DNA of 64,000 bases, from assembly GCA_965261925.1 (NCBI GenBank), contig OZ253486.1, positions 2,520,623-2,584,622 of the forward strand. Direction: 5' to 3'. Of this stretch, positions 55,252-64,000 are shown one piece after another. The translations under genes and the position numbers were made by a program. Below the pieces are notes generated by a model. It did not search any database, was not told where the DNA came from, and saw only the letters and a program-made list of their open reading frames with translations. Source of the DNA: Dehalococcoidia bacterium (GTDB lineage: Bacteria > Chloroflexota > Dehalococcoidia > Lucifugimonadales > UBA3495). The stretch's first letter is position 1. Each line of letters starts with the position of its first letter.

Positions 55252-55287
55252 CCGTCGCGAGGTCCATTCGGAGTTGAGAGGGGCACC

Positions 55288-56396
55288 ATGACTACTGGAC
55301 AATTATCGCAAGGAAATGGCGAACGGCTTGCCGAAGAAACAGTTCGCGACGAAACTGAAAATAACGATATTGAAGAGGCCGTGAATTATCGCATCACTAG
55401 CTACGGAGTGGATTTTGATGTTGAGGGATTAGTGCGGAGAATAAACGGTGGGGATATTTTTGTGCCCGATTTCCAACGGGGATTCGTTTGGAATTTTAAA
55501 CAAGCGTCACAATTCATCGAATCCCTCTTACTGGGACTTCCGGTGCCCGGGATATTTCTCACCATGGAACCAGCCACGGAAAAATTGATGGTGATTGACG
55601 GACAGCAGCGTTTGAAAACCCTCCAATATTTCTACTCAGGCAAATTTGGGGATGGCGAGCAGAAGTTCGCGCTACAAGGCGTGACACAGAGTTTAGCCGG
55701 GAAACAATACGCGGACTTGCGTCAACCAGATAGGCGACGCTTGGACAATTCACTCTTCCATGCCACTATAACCCGCCAACTGTTCCCAGATGATGGGATG
55801 AGCAGCGTATTCCATATCTTCCAACGGCTGAACAGTACAGGACAGCGTTTAACCCCACAGGAAATCCGCCAAGCGATGTACCGCGGCACTTTGCTGGACA
55901 ATATAAGAGAGATGAACGTCGACGGAAATTGGCGCACGATATTCGGCCGCACTAGTCCGCGACAGAAGGACCAAGAACTGATCTTGCGCTTTTGGGCGAT
56001 GCACGTGAACTCGGAGAAGTACGCTGCGCCGATGCTAGGCTTTCTCAACGACTTTGCTGTCGAACATCGGAACCCTGACAAGAATTTCTAAACCGCGGAC
56101 GATATTTGTTTAGAGAGGTGATGGAACTGTTCAATATTGCCGTTGGCAACCGAGCGTTCCGCACCGACGGTAGCAGACAAATGAATGCTGCGGTTTTTGA
56201 CTCGATGTCGGTCGGCTTAGCTCGACGCATAGCCACTAAGCGAGAAGCCGAGCCCAGTCCCGACACCATACAGGCTGCGCATGATGCGCTTCTCAAAGAC
56301 AGCGAATATATCGCCAGTGTTTCAGGCGGTACTGCTCAAACGCAGTCTGTACAAACCCGCCTCCGGAAAGCAGCAGCTGCATTCGGAGGATTGTGA
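55288..56396 (+). pseudogene. DUF262 (ParB-like nuclease superfamily) gene interrupted by a frameshift
   Basis: FVPDFQRGFVW and VIDGQQRL motifs. The frame ends ...EHRNPDKNF* at 56091. The other frame continues QEFLNRGRYLFREVMELFNIAVGNRAFR... to 56396. The shift window is 56079-56090. Confidence 0.6.
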
Positions 56397-56397
56397 A

Positions 56398-56877
56398 ATG
56401 CAAAACGCGAAGGCTCAGAACCAGTTGCAGGAAATCCTGGAACTGTTCAGGGAACTTGGCGTAGCGAGCAGAATGCAGGTGCATTGGGGACGTTACTTAT
56501 GCATCATGATCGCAAGCTTGCTTGAGAATGCAGTGCAGGCCATATCCGAGGAATACGCTTACTCGGCAGCGGGCGGTAACGTGGCGCAATATGTCAGCAA
56601 TCAGATCGCATTCACTGTCGGCAATGCCAACTCTGATAGCATCGTGAGAACGGCAAGAGCATTTAGCGAAACCTGGGCTAACGACCTGCGGTCATTTTTG
56701 GCGGACGACGACCGACAGTCTGCCATCAATACTATAATAAGCCAACGAAACCTCATCGCCCACGGTGAACAGTCCTCCGTCTCGCCGGCACAAATGAGAG
56801 CACATCTAGAAAAAGCCGTCGCAGTGTTAGACTTTATCGAAAACCAATGCCTTGGGTTGTCCCCACCAGAACATTAA
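56398..56877 (+). CDS. HEPN-domain protein (MAE_28990/MAE_18760-like)
   Basis: All-helical, 159 aa, with Rx4H motif SQRNLIAHG. GGAGGA RBS 7 nt upstream. ATG lies 1 nt after the DUF262 stop. Confidence 0.55.
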   Translation: MQNAKAQNQLQEILELFRELGVASRMQVHWGRYLCIMIASLLENAVQAISEEYAYSAAGGNVAQYVSNQIAFTVGNANSDSIVRTARAFSETWANDLRSFLADDDRQSAINTIISQRNLIAHGEQSSVSPAQMRAHLEKAVAVLDFIENQCLGLSPPEH

Positions 56878-56910
56878 CCGACCGTTCATTCGCCATTAGG
56901 AGGGACCAAA

Positions 56911-57846
56911 ATGACGACACCGAACATTCCCACCGAGGAACAAGTGCTGGGCTGGTTCGATTCGCTGAGCAACTGGGGCCGCTGGGGCGACGACGACGAA
57001 CTGGGCACCCTGAACCTGATTACGGACGCCAAGCGGAAGGAAGCTGCCGCTTTGGTGCGCGAGGGCGTAAGCGTCACCTGCTCTCGGTTGCTGGTGCCGG
57101 AGATGGCGCCGGACGTAACCAGCATTCCTCCGCTGCACTATATGGTGTCGACCGGAGAGTCCGCGCCGTCTGAAGGCGGCGGGGGAGCCAGCGATTTCAT
57201 CGGCGTGTCGTTCCACGGCCTGACGGTCACCCACCTGGACAGCCTGTGCCACCAGTTCTGGAACGGCAAGATGTACAACGGGAAGGACGCCGGCCTCATC
57301 AACAACGCCAACAAGGCCGGAGCCGGCGCCATCGATACGGTGCGCAATGGCGTGGTTACGCGCGGAGTACTGCTGGATATCGCCGCCGTGAAGGGCAAGG
57401 ATTGGCTGGACGCCGCCGAGCCGGTGTTCACCGCGGATCTGGAAGCGGCCGAAGAAGCGCAGGGCGTTCGGGTCACCGAGGGTGACGCGCTCTGCATTCG
57501 CCTGGGATGGTACAAGCGGCGGCAGGAAGTGGGCGCTCCGACGGCTGCCGAGGGTCGGCCCGGTTTGCACGCGGAAACGTTACCGTGGCTTCGAGAACGG
57601 GGAGTGTCCATCGCAGCCTGCGACGCCTCATGGGACGTTGCGCCCAGCGAGTATCCGTACCTGGGCCTGCCCATCCACAAGGTGGGGATCGTCGGCATGG
57701 GGTTGTGGCTGATAGACGCCGCCAATTTCGACGAAGTGGCTCCGGTGTGTCGTCGGCTGAACCGGTGGGACTTTATGTTCACCGTCGCGCCGCTGCGCTG
57801 GCACAACGCCACGGGGTCGCCAGTCAACCCTCTGGCGACGTTCTAG
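56911..57846 (+). CDS. Cyclase-family protein (kynurenine formamidase-like fold)
   Basis: ...WGRWGDDDELGTLN... and FHGLTVTHLDSLCH (HxGTHxDxxxH-like metal motif). Confidence 0.75.
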   Translation: MTTPNIPTEEQVLGWFDSLSNWGRWGDDDELGTLNLITDAKRKEAAALVREGVSVTCSRLLVPEMAPDVTSIPPLHYMVSTGESAPSEGGGGASDFIGVSFHGLTVTHLDSLCHQFWNGKMYNGKDAGLINNANKAGAGAIDTVRNGVVTRGVLLDIAAVKGKDWLDAAEPVFTADLEAAEEAQGVRVTEGDALCIRLGWYKRRQEVGAPTAAEGRPGLHAETLPWLRERGVSIAACDASWDVAPSEYPYLGLPIHKVGIVGMGLWLIDAANFDEVAPVCRRLNRWDFMFTVAPLRWHNATGSPVNPLATF

Positions 57847-57849
57847 GCG

Positions 57850-59127
57850 GTGCGGATGTCCAATTACGACGACTACGGGCCGGGTCTCCTGGCTCCATAC
57901 CGGGTACTCGATCTCACCGACGGGCGCGGGCTACTCTGCGGCAAGATGCTTGCCGACCTGGGGGCGGATGTAGTCCAGGTGGAACCTTCGGGAGGCAGCC
58001 CGGCCCGAAAGATAGGCCCGTTCTACAAGGACGAACCAGGCGCGGACCATAGCCTGTTCTGGTGGGCGTATTGCGCCAACAAGCGCGGCGTCACGTTGGA
58101 TGTCAGCCGGGCGGATGGCGCGGCGCTGTTCCGGCGACTGGTTGGTCAGGCCGACTTCATCATCGAATCCGCCGACCCGGGGCACATGAACTCGTTGGGT
58201 TTGGGTTACCCCGAGTTGCAGGAATTGAACCCGCGACTGGTCATGGTGTCCATCACGGCCTTCGGCCAGGATGGGCCATACGCGGACTACGCGGCCTCCG
58301 ATATCGTCGGTATGGCGTTGGGCGGGTTCATGCACCTGACCGGCGACGGGGACCGGCCGCCGCTGAGGGTCAGCATGCCCCAGTTCTACCAGCACGGCAG
58401 CGCCGCCGGAGCCGCCGCCGCGATGATCGCGCACACGCATCGGCAGCTGACAGGAGAGGGGCAGCACGTGGACGTGTCCTGCCAGCAGGCCGTGGCGCGG
58501 ACGCTGGCCCATGCGCCGCAATACTGGGACCTGGAGCAGACCATCCTGCGCCGAATGGGCGCGTATCGGGAGTCGGCGGGCGGGACGTTCACGCGCATCA
58601 ACTGGCCGTGCAAGGACGGATACGTCAACTTCCAGCCGGGCGGCGGTACGGCCGGCGCGGCACGTAGCGTTCGATCGATGCTGGCCTGGATGACCGAGGA
58701 AGGTATGGGAAGTCCTGAACTGGACGCGGTCAACTGGGAAGAGCTGGGCTATGGCACGGCGCGGGCGGAGATCATGGAGCAGACGGTGGACGCAGTTGCG
58801 CCGTTTTTCATGACCCACACGCGCAACGAGCTGGCCGACGGCGCACTGGAACGACGCATACTGCTCTTTCCGGTGGCCACGCCCAGCGACATTCTGGCGC
58901 ACCGGCAATTGGCGGCGCGGGACTACTACGACCAGATCGAGCACCCCGAACTCGGTGAAACCGTGACCTACCCGGGGCACTTCGTCAAGGATATGCAGGA
59001 CCCGAAACGTGTAGGTGTGCGGCGGCGCGCGCCACGCGTTGGTGAGCACAACCGGGAGATCCTCGGCGGGGAGCTGGGGTTGCAGGACCGCGATCTGGCG
59101 CGGCTGTCCGAACTCGGCGTGATCTAG
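57850..59127 (+). CDS. Family III CoA-transferase (CaiB/BaiF)
   Basis: ...YRVLDLTDGRGLLCGKMLADLGADVVQVEP... and ...FRRLVGQADFIIES... Confidence 0.9.
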   Translation: MRMSNYDDYGPGLLAPYRVLDLTDGRGLLCGKMLADLGADVVQVEPSGGSPARKIGPFYKDEPGADHSLFWWAYCANKRGVTLDVSRADGAALFRRLVGQADFIIESADPGHMNSLGLGYPELQELNPRLVMVSITAFGQDGPYADYAASDIVGMALGGFMHLTGDGDRPPLRVSMPQFYQHGSAAGAAAAMIAHTHRQLTGEGQHVDVSCQQAVARTLAHAPQYWDLEQTILRRMGAYRESAGGTFTRINWPCKDGYVNFQPGGGTAGAARSVRSMLAWMTEEGMGSPELDAVNWEELGYGTARAEIMEQTVDAVAPFFMTHTRNELADGALERRILLFPVATPSDILAHRQLAARDYYDQIEHPELGETVTYPGHFVKDMQDPKRVGVRRRAPRVGEHNREILGGELGLQDRDLARLSELGVI

Positions 59128-59149
59128 CAGCGAACGGAGTAGTTGAACG

Positions 59150-60385
59150 ATGGCAGACTTGCCTTTGGATGGGTTGAAAGTTCTCGACTTCTGCTGGGTC
59201 GCGGTGGGTCCGATGACCACCAAGTACCTCTCAGAATATGGAGCGACGGTGCTGCGAGTGGAGTCGGCGAAGCGACCGGAGACCCTGCGACGGGCCGGCC
59301 CGTTTGCCGGGGGCGAGTCCGGCATCAACCGGTCGGGCTATTTCGCGAACTACAACGCCAACAAGTACGGCCTGTCCATAGATATGGGCCATCCGAGCGC
59401 GCCCGAGTTGATCCTGCGCATCGCCGAGTGGGCGGACGTCATCACCGAAAACTTCACGCCCGGTACCCTCGAGCGCTGGGGTCTGGGGTACGAGGAGTTG
59501 CGCAAGGCCAACCCGCGGGTCGTGCTGTTCAGCGCGTCGATGCTGGGCCGGGGCGGGCCGATGCAGGCGCAGCCCGGGTTCGGCGCGGTGCTGTCGTCGT
59601 TGGCCGGCTACACTAACATCATTGGCTGGCCGGACCGTGGGCCGGTGAACCCCTACGGCGCGTACACCGACTTCGTGTGTCCGAAGTTTGCGGTGGCCGC
59701 GATACTGGCCGCCGTGGACCGGCAGCGCGCCACTGGTCTGGGGACGCACCTGGATATGTCCCAACTGGAAACCAGCCTGCACTTCGGCGGGCCGATGCTG
59801 CTGGATGCCGCCGTCAACGGCCGCGAACCGGACCTGGTGGGGAACCGTCACCCGTCCGCCTCGCCGCATGGGGCCTATCCGTGCGCCCCTGACGCCCACG
59901 GCGAAAGCGACCGCTGGGTCGCCATCGCGGCGTTCACCGACGAGCAATGGGCCGCACTGCGCGGTGAGATGGCGGCGGACGGCGTGGCGGAAATTGAATC
60001 GGGCGAGTTCCGCACCTTCCGGGTTCGAAAGGCCCACGAGGACAAGCTGGACGGGATCATTGCGGGCTGGACGGTGCATCACGACCGCCACGAGTTGATG
60101 AGCCGGCTGCAAGCGGTGGGCATCCCGGCGGGTGCGGTCAACGATACCCGCGACCTGTTCGAGGATCCGCAACTGCGCCATCGGGAGCATTTCACCTGGT
60201 TGGACCACCCCGAGATGGGGCCGTACGCCACCGACTATACCGAGGCGCAGCTCTCGCTGACCCCGGGCCGGCTGGACCGTCCGGCGCCGCTGCTGGGGCA
60301 GGATACGGAGCACGCGCTGCGGGAGATTGTGGGGTTGAGCGAGGCGGAGTACCGGGAGTTGCTGGAGGCGGGAGCGTTGGAGTGA
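59150..60385 (+). CDS. Family III CoA-transferase (CaiB/BaiF), second paralogue
   Basis: ...LKVLDFCWVAVGPMTTKYLSEYGATVLRVES... and ...ADVITENFTPGTLERWG... Confidence 0.9.
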   Translation: MADLPLDGLKVLDFCWVAVGPMTTKYLSEYGATVLRVESAKRPETLRRAGPFAGGESGINRSGYFANYNANKYGLSIDMGHPSAPELILRIAEWADVITENFTPGTLERWGLGYEELRKANPRVVLFSASMLGRGGPMQAQPGFGAVLSSLAGYTNIIGWPDRGPVNPYGAYTDFVCPKFAVAAILAAVDRQRATGLGTHLDMSQLETSLHFGGPMLLDAAVNGREPDLVGNRHPSASPHGAYPCAPDAHGESDRWVAIAAFTDEQWAALRGEMAADGVAEIESGEFRTFRVRKAHEDKLDGIIAGWTVHHDRHELMSRLQAVGIPAGAVNDTRDLFEDPQLRHREHFTWLDHPEMGPYATDYTEAQLSLTPGRLDRPAPLLGQDTEHALREIVGLSEAEYRELLEAGALE

Positions 60386-60400
60386 TGGCAGGCCCAGGTA

Positions 60401-60799
60401 TTGCCATTTGAATTCGCACTGGAAGGACCGCCCGTGTCACAACAAGCCCACCGTCGCAACCGAGTGGAGAGGCGGGTGCAAGACGTGCGTGCGGCCGCGG
60501 ATCAATATTGGGACGGCTCACCACCCGCTGACGGGACAGTTGCGGTGAGCATGGTGTACATTTTCGATACCGTCCCGTGTGATGTTGACAATATTCTCAA
60601 GCCGATCCTAGGCGGGATGAAAGGGTTGGTGTACTCTGATGACAGCTAAGTTTCTGACTTGGTGTGTAGGAAGAGGGACTGCGAGCAAACCCTTCACACA
60701 GCGGGTGTGTCGCACGTCTTCGATGAATGTTATTGTAGCTACAGCCAATTCCGGTACATTCGCGTAGATGAGGGCAATAGCCAGATCGTCCCGTTATGA
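60401..60799 (+). pseudogene. rusA: RusA-like Holliday-junction resolvase gene with an internal TAA
   Basis: 132-codon frame. ...FEFALEGPPVSQQA...CDVDNILKPILGGMKGLVYSDDS*VSDLVCRKRD... The TAA at 60647-60649 sits where the family has DDsQ. The terminal TGA overlaps the next ATG. Confidence 0.5.
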
Positions 60800-61476
60800 T
60801 CTATGACCTGACAATCAACGAGCAACAAGTTGCAGACGTATTGGCTGCGGAGTACCGCGCGAAAGGCTATAAGGTGTCGCGAGAGGCACCGCTGGAATTT
60901 CTTCCGGGGTTCCGCGCTGATTTGTTGGTTGAAAAAGACGACGTGGTAGAAGTGGTGGAGGTCAAGACGCGCTCGTCGTTATTTGCCAATCCCGGCATCA
61001 AAGAGATCGAGCGCATCATAAATGCCCAGCCCGGATGGAGATTCCAATTGCGGCTGGTAGGCGAACCTGAAAAGATTGCCGTCGCAGAAAATGCTCCATC
61101 GCTGGGTGTATCGGGCATAGTCCAACGAATGTCGGAAGCCCAGGCGTTGTTGGATGCCGGATTTGTCGAAGCGGCCTTTCTGGTGGCTTGGACTGCCGCT
61201 GAGGCCGTCGTGAGAGCTCTGGTTTCGGCCGAGGGTATCGCCGTAGACCGTGCCACTGACCCAGCCTATGTGCTTGGTGTGGCCGTTGCGTACGGCGCGC
61301 TGGATAGGGACGAATATCGCCGTTTGGTTCGGCTGATGAAGTACCGGAATGCCATCGCCCATGGATTTGAAGTAAGCGATTTCACCGGCACATTGGTCAC
61401 AGATTTGATTGCGTCCGTCAACGCCCTACTGGAGGAGTACGGCGGGCCGGTCGGATCTGGTGAAGTAGCTGAATGA
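60796..61476 (+). CDS. PD-(D/E)XK nuclease-like N-domain fused to a HEPN domain
   Basis: FRADLLVEKDDVVEVVEVKT (D...ExK restriction-endonuclease-fold signature). The C-terminal helical domain has Rx4H (KYRNAIAHG). Confidence 0.5.
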   Translation: MIYDLTINEQQVADVLAAEYRAKGYKVSREAPLEFLPGFRADLLVEKDDVVEVVEVKTRSSLFANPGIKEIERIINAQPGWRFQLRLVGEPEKIAVAENAPSLGVSGIVQRMSEAQALLDAGFVEAAFLVAWTAAEAVVRALVSAEGIAVDRATDPAYVLGVAVAYGALDRDEYRRLVRLMKYRNAIAHGFEVSDFTGTLVTDLIASVNALLEEYGGPVGSGEVAE

Positions 61477-62114
61477 CTAGCGGCATCGCCTTTGCGTTAC
61501 TAGCCATCCACATATCCGCGGGTTCGGTGGCACTGGCTATGGCTGGGGTTGCGCTGGTTACCGCGAAGGGCGGGCGGTGGCATGTGCTGGCAGGGCGGGT
61601 TTATGCCGGAGCAATGACGGTGGTGTTCCTGACGGCGATCCCGCTGGCGTTCTTCGGGGGCAGCACTTTCCTTTTTCTGATCGCCTTGTTCAGCTTCTAC
61701 CTGGTGTTTGCCGGCTGGCGATTCGCGCGCAACCGGCAACGGAAGGCCCATCCGGTGGACTGGGTCGCCGTCGCCGCCATCGGACTCACCGGACTGGCGA
61801 TGTGGGGGTACGCGGCGGTCCTGGGTTTCAGCGGCAGTTCTCAGTGGGTGACAATGCTGGTCTTCGGCGGGATCGCGTTGGCGCTGGGGGTGGCGGACGC
61901 CAGTTTCCACCGGAGGCAGCCGGGCGGCGCCCGTCGCGTGTCGCGGCATCTCACCAACATGATGGCCGGCACCATCGCGACGATCACGGCGGTGACGGTG
62001 GTCAACGTCGATATGGACCCGGTGTGGGTTCCCTGGATACTGCCCACGGTGGTCATCACGCCGCTGATCGCCTGGTGGAACGTGCGCGTGCTGCGCCGCA
62101 ACCGCGCAAGTTGA
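61473..62114 (+). CDS. Polytopic membrane protein (about 6 TM; DUF2306-like?)
   Basis: The ATG overlaps the upstream TGA (ATGA). Six hydrophobic segments. No recognised motif. Confidence 0.45.
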   Translation: MTSGIAFALLAIHISAGSVALAMAGVALVTAKGGRWHVLAGRVYAGAMTVVFLTAIPLAFFGGSTFLFLIALFSFYLVFAGWRFARNRQRKAHPVDWVAVAAIGLTGLAMWGYAAVLGFSGSSQWVTMLVFGGIALALGVADASFHRRQPGGARRVSRHLTNMMAGTIATITAVTVVNVDMDPVWVPWILPTVVITPLIAWWNVRVLRRNRAS

Positions 62115-62184
62115 CACTCGAAACGCGTTGCCGCTACATTGTCACTCAAACATGTTCACCCCAGTTGGATGAGAGGCCGCAACT

Positions 62185-63414
62185 ATGCTGAAAGATCGAA
62201 TCCACGACGAATTGCTTTCACCGGAAAACCTGCGCAACCCGTATCCGTATTACGCGATGTTGCGGGAAGAAGCGCCGGTCTACTGGAACGAGAAGTTCGA
62301 CACTTGGGTGATCACGTCATACCAGGCGGTGGTGTGGTCGCTGCGCCATCCGGAGTACTTCTCGTCCGAGGTGTTCCTGCGGGACGATAAGCCACCCAGT
62401 CCGCCGATTTCGGAAGAGGACTTCTCAAAGTACAAGTTCAATCTCGACTACATGAACAATTGGTTCATCCGCCGGGACCGGCCCGATCACCTGCGGATGC
62501 GGCGCGCCGTCCATCCGGTGTTTAACCCCAAGTACATCGACAACCGTTTCCGGGCGATGGTACAGGGCATCATCCAGGACCTCTTGAAAGACTTTGATCC
62601 GCAAAGCGGGGATATGGATGTGCTAAGGGACTTCGCCAATGCCATGCCGGTGCTGGTTATCGCCAACTGGCTGGGGATGCCGGTGGAGGACCGCGAGTTC
62701 CTGCGAACGCTGTCCCGGCAGTTGCTGTCGTTGGATCAGGAATCGCCGGACCGGCACACCCGGGTACACGAGGCCATTACCACCCTGAATGATTATGTCA
62801 ACCCACTGGTGGAAGAGCGTGTCAGCGAACCATCCGATGACCTGCTGTCGGTCCTGGCTATCGGTGAACGCGAGGGGGAACTGAGCCGGGAAGAGGTGCT
62901 GGGCAACACCCTGTTGCTGCTCATCGCCGGCCACCAGACCACGATCAACCTGGTGGGCAACGGGACCATGGCGCTGATGAAGAACCCCGAGCAATGGAAC
63001 ATGCTCAAGGAGGACGACAGCCTCCTGGTACGCGCGACGGAGGAACTGCTCCGCTACGATTCTCCGGTGAAGCGAGCCCCGCGTATCGCGCTGGAGGACA
63101 TCGAACTGGGCGGCGAGAAGATCCGCGAAGGTGAGAAGGTGATGACCATCATCAACTCCGCCAACCGGGATCCGATGGCCTTCGAGAACCCCGAGGATCT
63201 GGACATCACGCGCTACCCGAATCCGCACGTCGCTTTCGGCGGCGGGATCCACCATTGCCTGGGAGCCAACCTGGCTCGTCTGGAAGGGCAGGAAGCGTTC
63301 CGGGCGCTGACCCGCAAGTTCCCACCGTTCAAGTTCGCCAGCGATCCGAACCAGCTGGAGTACCATAACCTGCTGAACATCCGCGGCGTGGTGAGCCTGC
63401 CGGCCGAGTGGTAG
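62185..63414 (+). CDS. Cytochrome P450
   Basis: FGGGIHHCLGANLA heme loop, I-helix LLIAGHQTT, ExxR ELLRYDSP. Confidence 0.9.
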   Translation: MLKDRIHDELLSPENLRNPYPYYAMLREEAPVYWNEKFDTWVITSYQAVVWSLRHPEYFSSEVFLRDDKPPSPPISEEDFSKYKFNLDYMNNWFIRRDRPDHLRMRRAVHPVFNPKYIDNRFRAMVQGIIQDLLKDFDPQSGDMDVLRDFANAMPVLVIANWLGMPVEDREFLRTLSRQLLSLDQESPDRHTRVHEAITTLNDYVNPLVEERVSEPSDDLLSVLAIGEREGELSREEVLGNTLLLLIAGHQTTINLVGNGTMALMKNPEQWNMLKEDDSLLVRATEELLRYDSPVKRAPRIALEDIELGGEKIREGEKVMTIINSANRDPMAFENPEDLDITRYPNPHVAFGGGIHHCLGANLARLEGQEAFRALTRKFPPFKFASDPNQLEYHNLLNIRGVVSLPAEW

Positions 63415-63441
63415 CAGCCACGGCTGGATACCGGTCAACAC

Positions 63442-63471
63442 AAAAAGGGGCGAGTGCGAATTCGCCCCTTT
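63442..63471. terminator. Bidirectional rho-independent terminator
   Basis: AAAAA-GGGGCGA-gtgcgaat-TCGCCCC-TTT, between the convergent P450 and response-regulator genes. Confidence 0.6.
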
Positions 63472-63539
63472 CCGCGCTGTGGGTGTTTGATCTGTAGGTT
63501 TCCGTTCTGTAGGTATTCGTTCTGTAGGAGACCAGGCGG

Positions 63540-64000
63540 CTACGGTTCAATCATGCCGTACCCGACGTTCTTGACGGTGCGGAAATAAGTCTCGGCGCCG
63601 TTTTCCAGCTTGTAGCGCAGGCGGCGGATATGGACATCCACGGTGCGTGTACCGCCGATGTTTTCCACTCCCCAGACGTTGGCTAACAGCTGGTCCCGGG
63701 TGAATACCTTGCCCACGTTGTCCATCAGGAAATGCAGGAGTTGGAACTCCAACCAAGCCAGGTCCACCGGGCGACCGTTGGCGCTAACCTGGTAGGTGGC
63801 CGGGTTAAGCGAAATCCCGCCCACCCGTATCGAGTCGGCCGAACCCAATTCAATCGCCCGGCGTTGAGCCAGGCGGAGGATGCGTTTGACCAGTTCGGTG
63901 GGGGCGCAGGGCACGGCGACGAAGTCATCGGAATCTTCGTAGAGATCGGGCGAATCCAAATCATCGTCGGCGACGCATCGGAGCACCAGGGGGCCGTTGT
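63540..64000 (-). CDS. OmpR/PhoB-type response regulator, C-terminal part (gene continues beyond the window)
   Basis: Winged-helix trans_reg_C pattern ...LEFQLLHFLMDNVGKVFTRDQLL..VWG.....TRTVDVHIRRLRYKL. The frame stays open to position 64000. The receiver end reads DDFVAVPC where a conserved Lys (..TKPF) is usual. Confidence 0.8.
   Translation of the reverse strand, partial: NGPLVLRCVADDDLDSPDLYEDSDDFVAVPCAPTELVKRILRLAQRRAIELGSADSIRVGGISLNPATYQVSANGRPVDLAWLEFQLLHFLMDNVGKVFTRDQLLANVWGVENIGGTRTVDVHIRRLRYKLENGAETYFRTVKNVGYGMIEP

Overview
High-GC (roughly 60-65% by eye) bacterial chromosomal window. It holds about 60 credible protein genes, one tRNA (Gln-UUG) and the RNase P RNA gene.

Mobile and repeat content:
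- One intact single-ORF IS66-family element with an 8-bp target duplication.
- Two ~135-bp MITE derivatives of that IS, plus a half copy.
- A ~40-nt structured interspersed repeat at six loci, always in the same orientation.

Core and metabolic content:
- ComF tail, BNR-propeller protein, HMGL-like lyase, speD-speB.
- A GldA/F/G-type ABC exporter plus DUF4340, and cinA.
- A coaE / CbbQ-like AAA+ / Nudix / giant-VWA operon.
- Two P450s.
- phnC-phnE-phnE with a decayed phnD.
- FMN 2-hydroxyacid dehydrogenase, HpcH aldolase, sbcD, DmpA peptidase, DUF2520-panB.
- An acyl-CoA block (SDR, ACAD, crotonase, Fe-ADH).
- S9 peptidase, three luciferase-like (LLM) oxidoreductases, acyl-CoA synthetase, phosphotriesterase-family protein, cyclase, two family III CoA-transferases, MFS transporter.

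This mix resembles aerobic Chloroflexota-like heterotrophs, but that is inference only.

Lower-GC islets carry candidate conflict systems:
- HigB plus a HigA-ImmA fusion, replacing the 5' end of a DUF488 gene.
- A DUF6883-like/DUF4926 pair.
- A frameshifted DUF262 gene plus a HEPN gene.
- A tightly overlapped cassette of RusA (with a nonsense codon), a PD-(D/E)XK-HEPN fusion and a membrane protein.

The most unusual structures outside standard categories:
- A 3-unit tandem array of small (E/Q)EGR-repeat genes downstream of panB.
- A MITE-bracketed coiled-coil gene built from near-perfect 21/42-bp repeats, next to rnpB.
- About 0.9 kb of repeat-rich DNA with no convincing coding frame.

All family calls come from motif recognition by eye. 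No database search or computation was run.
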